From the IMG/VR virus record IMGVR_UViG_3300046817_000395, positions 1 to 25,050 of that record: DNA of 25,050 nucleotides, one strand, 5' to 3'. The notes under the pieces are model-generated. The model ran no database searches and was not told where the DNA came from. It worked only from the letters and a program-made list of their open reading frames with translations. Below, piece by piece: positions 24,052-25,050 of the stretch; position 1 is the first letter of the stretch, and each line of letters opens with the position of its first letter. Source of the DNA: a virus. Its lineage: Duplodnaviria; Caudoviricetes. The position numbers and the translations under genes are program-made.

Positions 24052-24849
24052 TCAGCTCGGGATGTAGTCGATGTAGGGGATACGCCGGTTAACCTTGTCA
24101 GGATCGTTGCCGCCGCGGTGGTTGCCGCCCATGTTGTAATTGACGCGCTTGTCGGCACCCTGATCGGCGAGAATACGCCGCAGGTAATTCTGCGCCTTGG
24201 TCAACTTCATTGGCGCCGCTTCACTCTTCTGCGTAGCCAAGATCTCGGCGGCGGCGAACAGCACGATCGCCTCGGAATCCAGAATGCAAGTGTCGGTCGG
24301 CGCGACCAGCGGGGATAGCGGCGCTTGGCCTTCGAATCGCAGCACATAGCCAACCTTCGGTATTGCGCCAGTGTCCGGCGGCGGCGTCGGCAACAGTTGG
24401 AATTGCCCGACTGGATTGGTGATCGGCGTAGGGCCGGTGGTATTGATCGATGCCACATTACCCCAGCGCATCGGCTTGCCGACCCTGGCCGGGCCGAGGT
24501 GCAGCATGAATGGCTTGATGCCGTAGGCCAACGGCTCCCAGGCCCCCGCCGAATTTATCTGATCGGGAATGACGGTGTCGTAGGTTGCTAAGGCCACATA
24601 GACGCGCGTGATCTGGTCGAACGCCATTTGCACGGGGTAAGTGTACAACGCCTGGCCGCCGGTCAGCGGCACGTCGGTCCAGATCTTTAGGTGCTGCCAG
24701 TTATAGGCATCCCACAGCTCGCGCTGCTGCCTCGCCAAAATCAGGTCAAGCGTATCCTGCGCCTGTACACCCTGTTGGGGGTTGAGCGAGGTGCCGGTTT
24801 CAGAACGCAGCAGCCGGCGCAGTTCCAGCAGCGTGACACTGAGTGGCAC
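24052..24849 (-). CDS. Tail tubular protein A / head-tail adaptor
   Basis: TLLELR..LR.E...ILARQQRELWDAYNW.HL; AIVLFAAAEIL; position upstream of the nozzle. Confidence 0.7.
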   Translation of the reverse strand: MPLSVTLLELRRLLRSETGTSLNPQQGVQAQDTLDLILARQQRELWDAYNWQHLKIWTDVPLTGGQALYTYPVQMAFDQITRVYVALATYDTVIPDQINSAGAWEPLAYGIKPFMLHLGPARVGKPMRWGNVASINTTGPTPITNPVGQFQLLPTPPPDTGAIPKVGYVLRFEGQAPLSPLVAPTDTCILDSEAIVLFAAAEILATQKSEAAPMKLTKAQNYLRRILADQGADKRVNYNMGGNHRGGNDPDKVNRRIPYIDYIPS

Positions 24850-25050
24850 TAACCTGCGTCCTTATGCTCCGGCGGCGGTGGTGTTCGGCGACCGCGTGGT
24901 GAAGGCCTAAAGATCGGCTCCAGGTTGGGCTCGGAGCTAGCTTCCACATCCTCGTCATCGCTGCCTGGCGGCGCCACCACGACAGATGGCGTACCCCCGT
25001 CGTAGCGTGGCAGGTTCACATCTTCGGTCATCATGTAGTCCATGCGGAAC
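24849..25050 (-). CDS. C-terminal part of a virion-module protein (starts outside the window)
   Basis: Frame stays open to the right edge; stop overlaps the GTG of the adaptor gene. Confidence 0.55.
   Translation of the reverse strand, partial: FRMDYMMTEDVNLPRYDGGTPSVVVAPPGSDDEDVEASSEPNLEPIFRPSPRGRRTPPPPEHKDAG

Noticed and set aside
1-25050. Diversity-generating retroelement, tRNA, integrase or att site
   Set aside because: No reverse transcriptase motif, template/variable repeat pair, cloverleaf or recombinase recognised by eye in this window.

Overview
Segment of a GC-rich tailed-phage (podovirus-type) genome or prophage. The VPLP/GAGLPG-type C-terminal sorting signal and promoter style suggest an alphaproteobacterial host (inference). 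Left (1-9064): APSE/BPP-1-like replication cassette: AEP-type primase (partial) and VRR-NUC on the minus strand, diverging from a DUF2800 Cas4-like exonuclease, putative SSB, family A DNA polymerase, small hypotheticals, an HNH endonuclease and an SNF2-like helicase. Middle (9069-12599): early/accessory region with an orphan N6-adenine methyltransferase and a Cro-like regulator. The Cro-like gene diverges across a palindromic twin promoter from a PEP-CTERM-class surface protein rather than a repressor. Right (12596-25050, minus strand): tail adaptor and nozzle, two GNAT-fold genes, four tandem genes all starting MGGK[S/G], an MC-start ejection protein and three large internal virion proteins, the last with probable M15 peptidase and SleB-like hydrolase domains. 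Most notable: (1) the GNAT pair plus MGGK array with repeated CAGGTGTGAC junctions; (2) an HNH element that captured the helicase 5' end and supplies a synonymously recoded replacement; (3) a phage-borne exosortase substrate. All calls come from reading motifs by eye; no searches were run.
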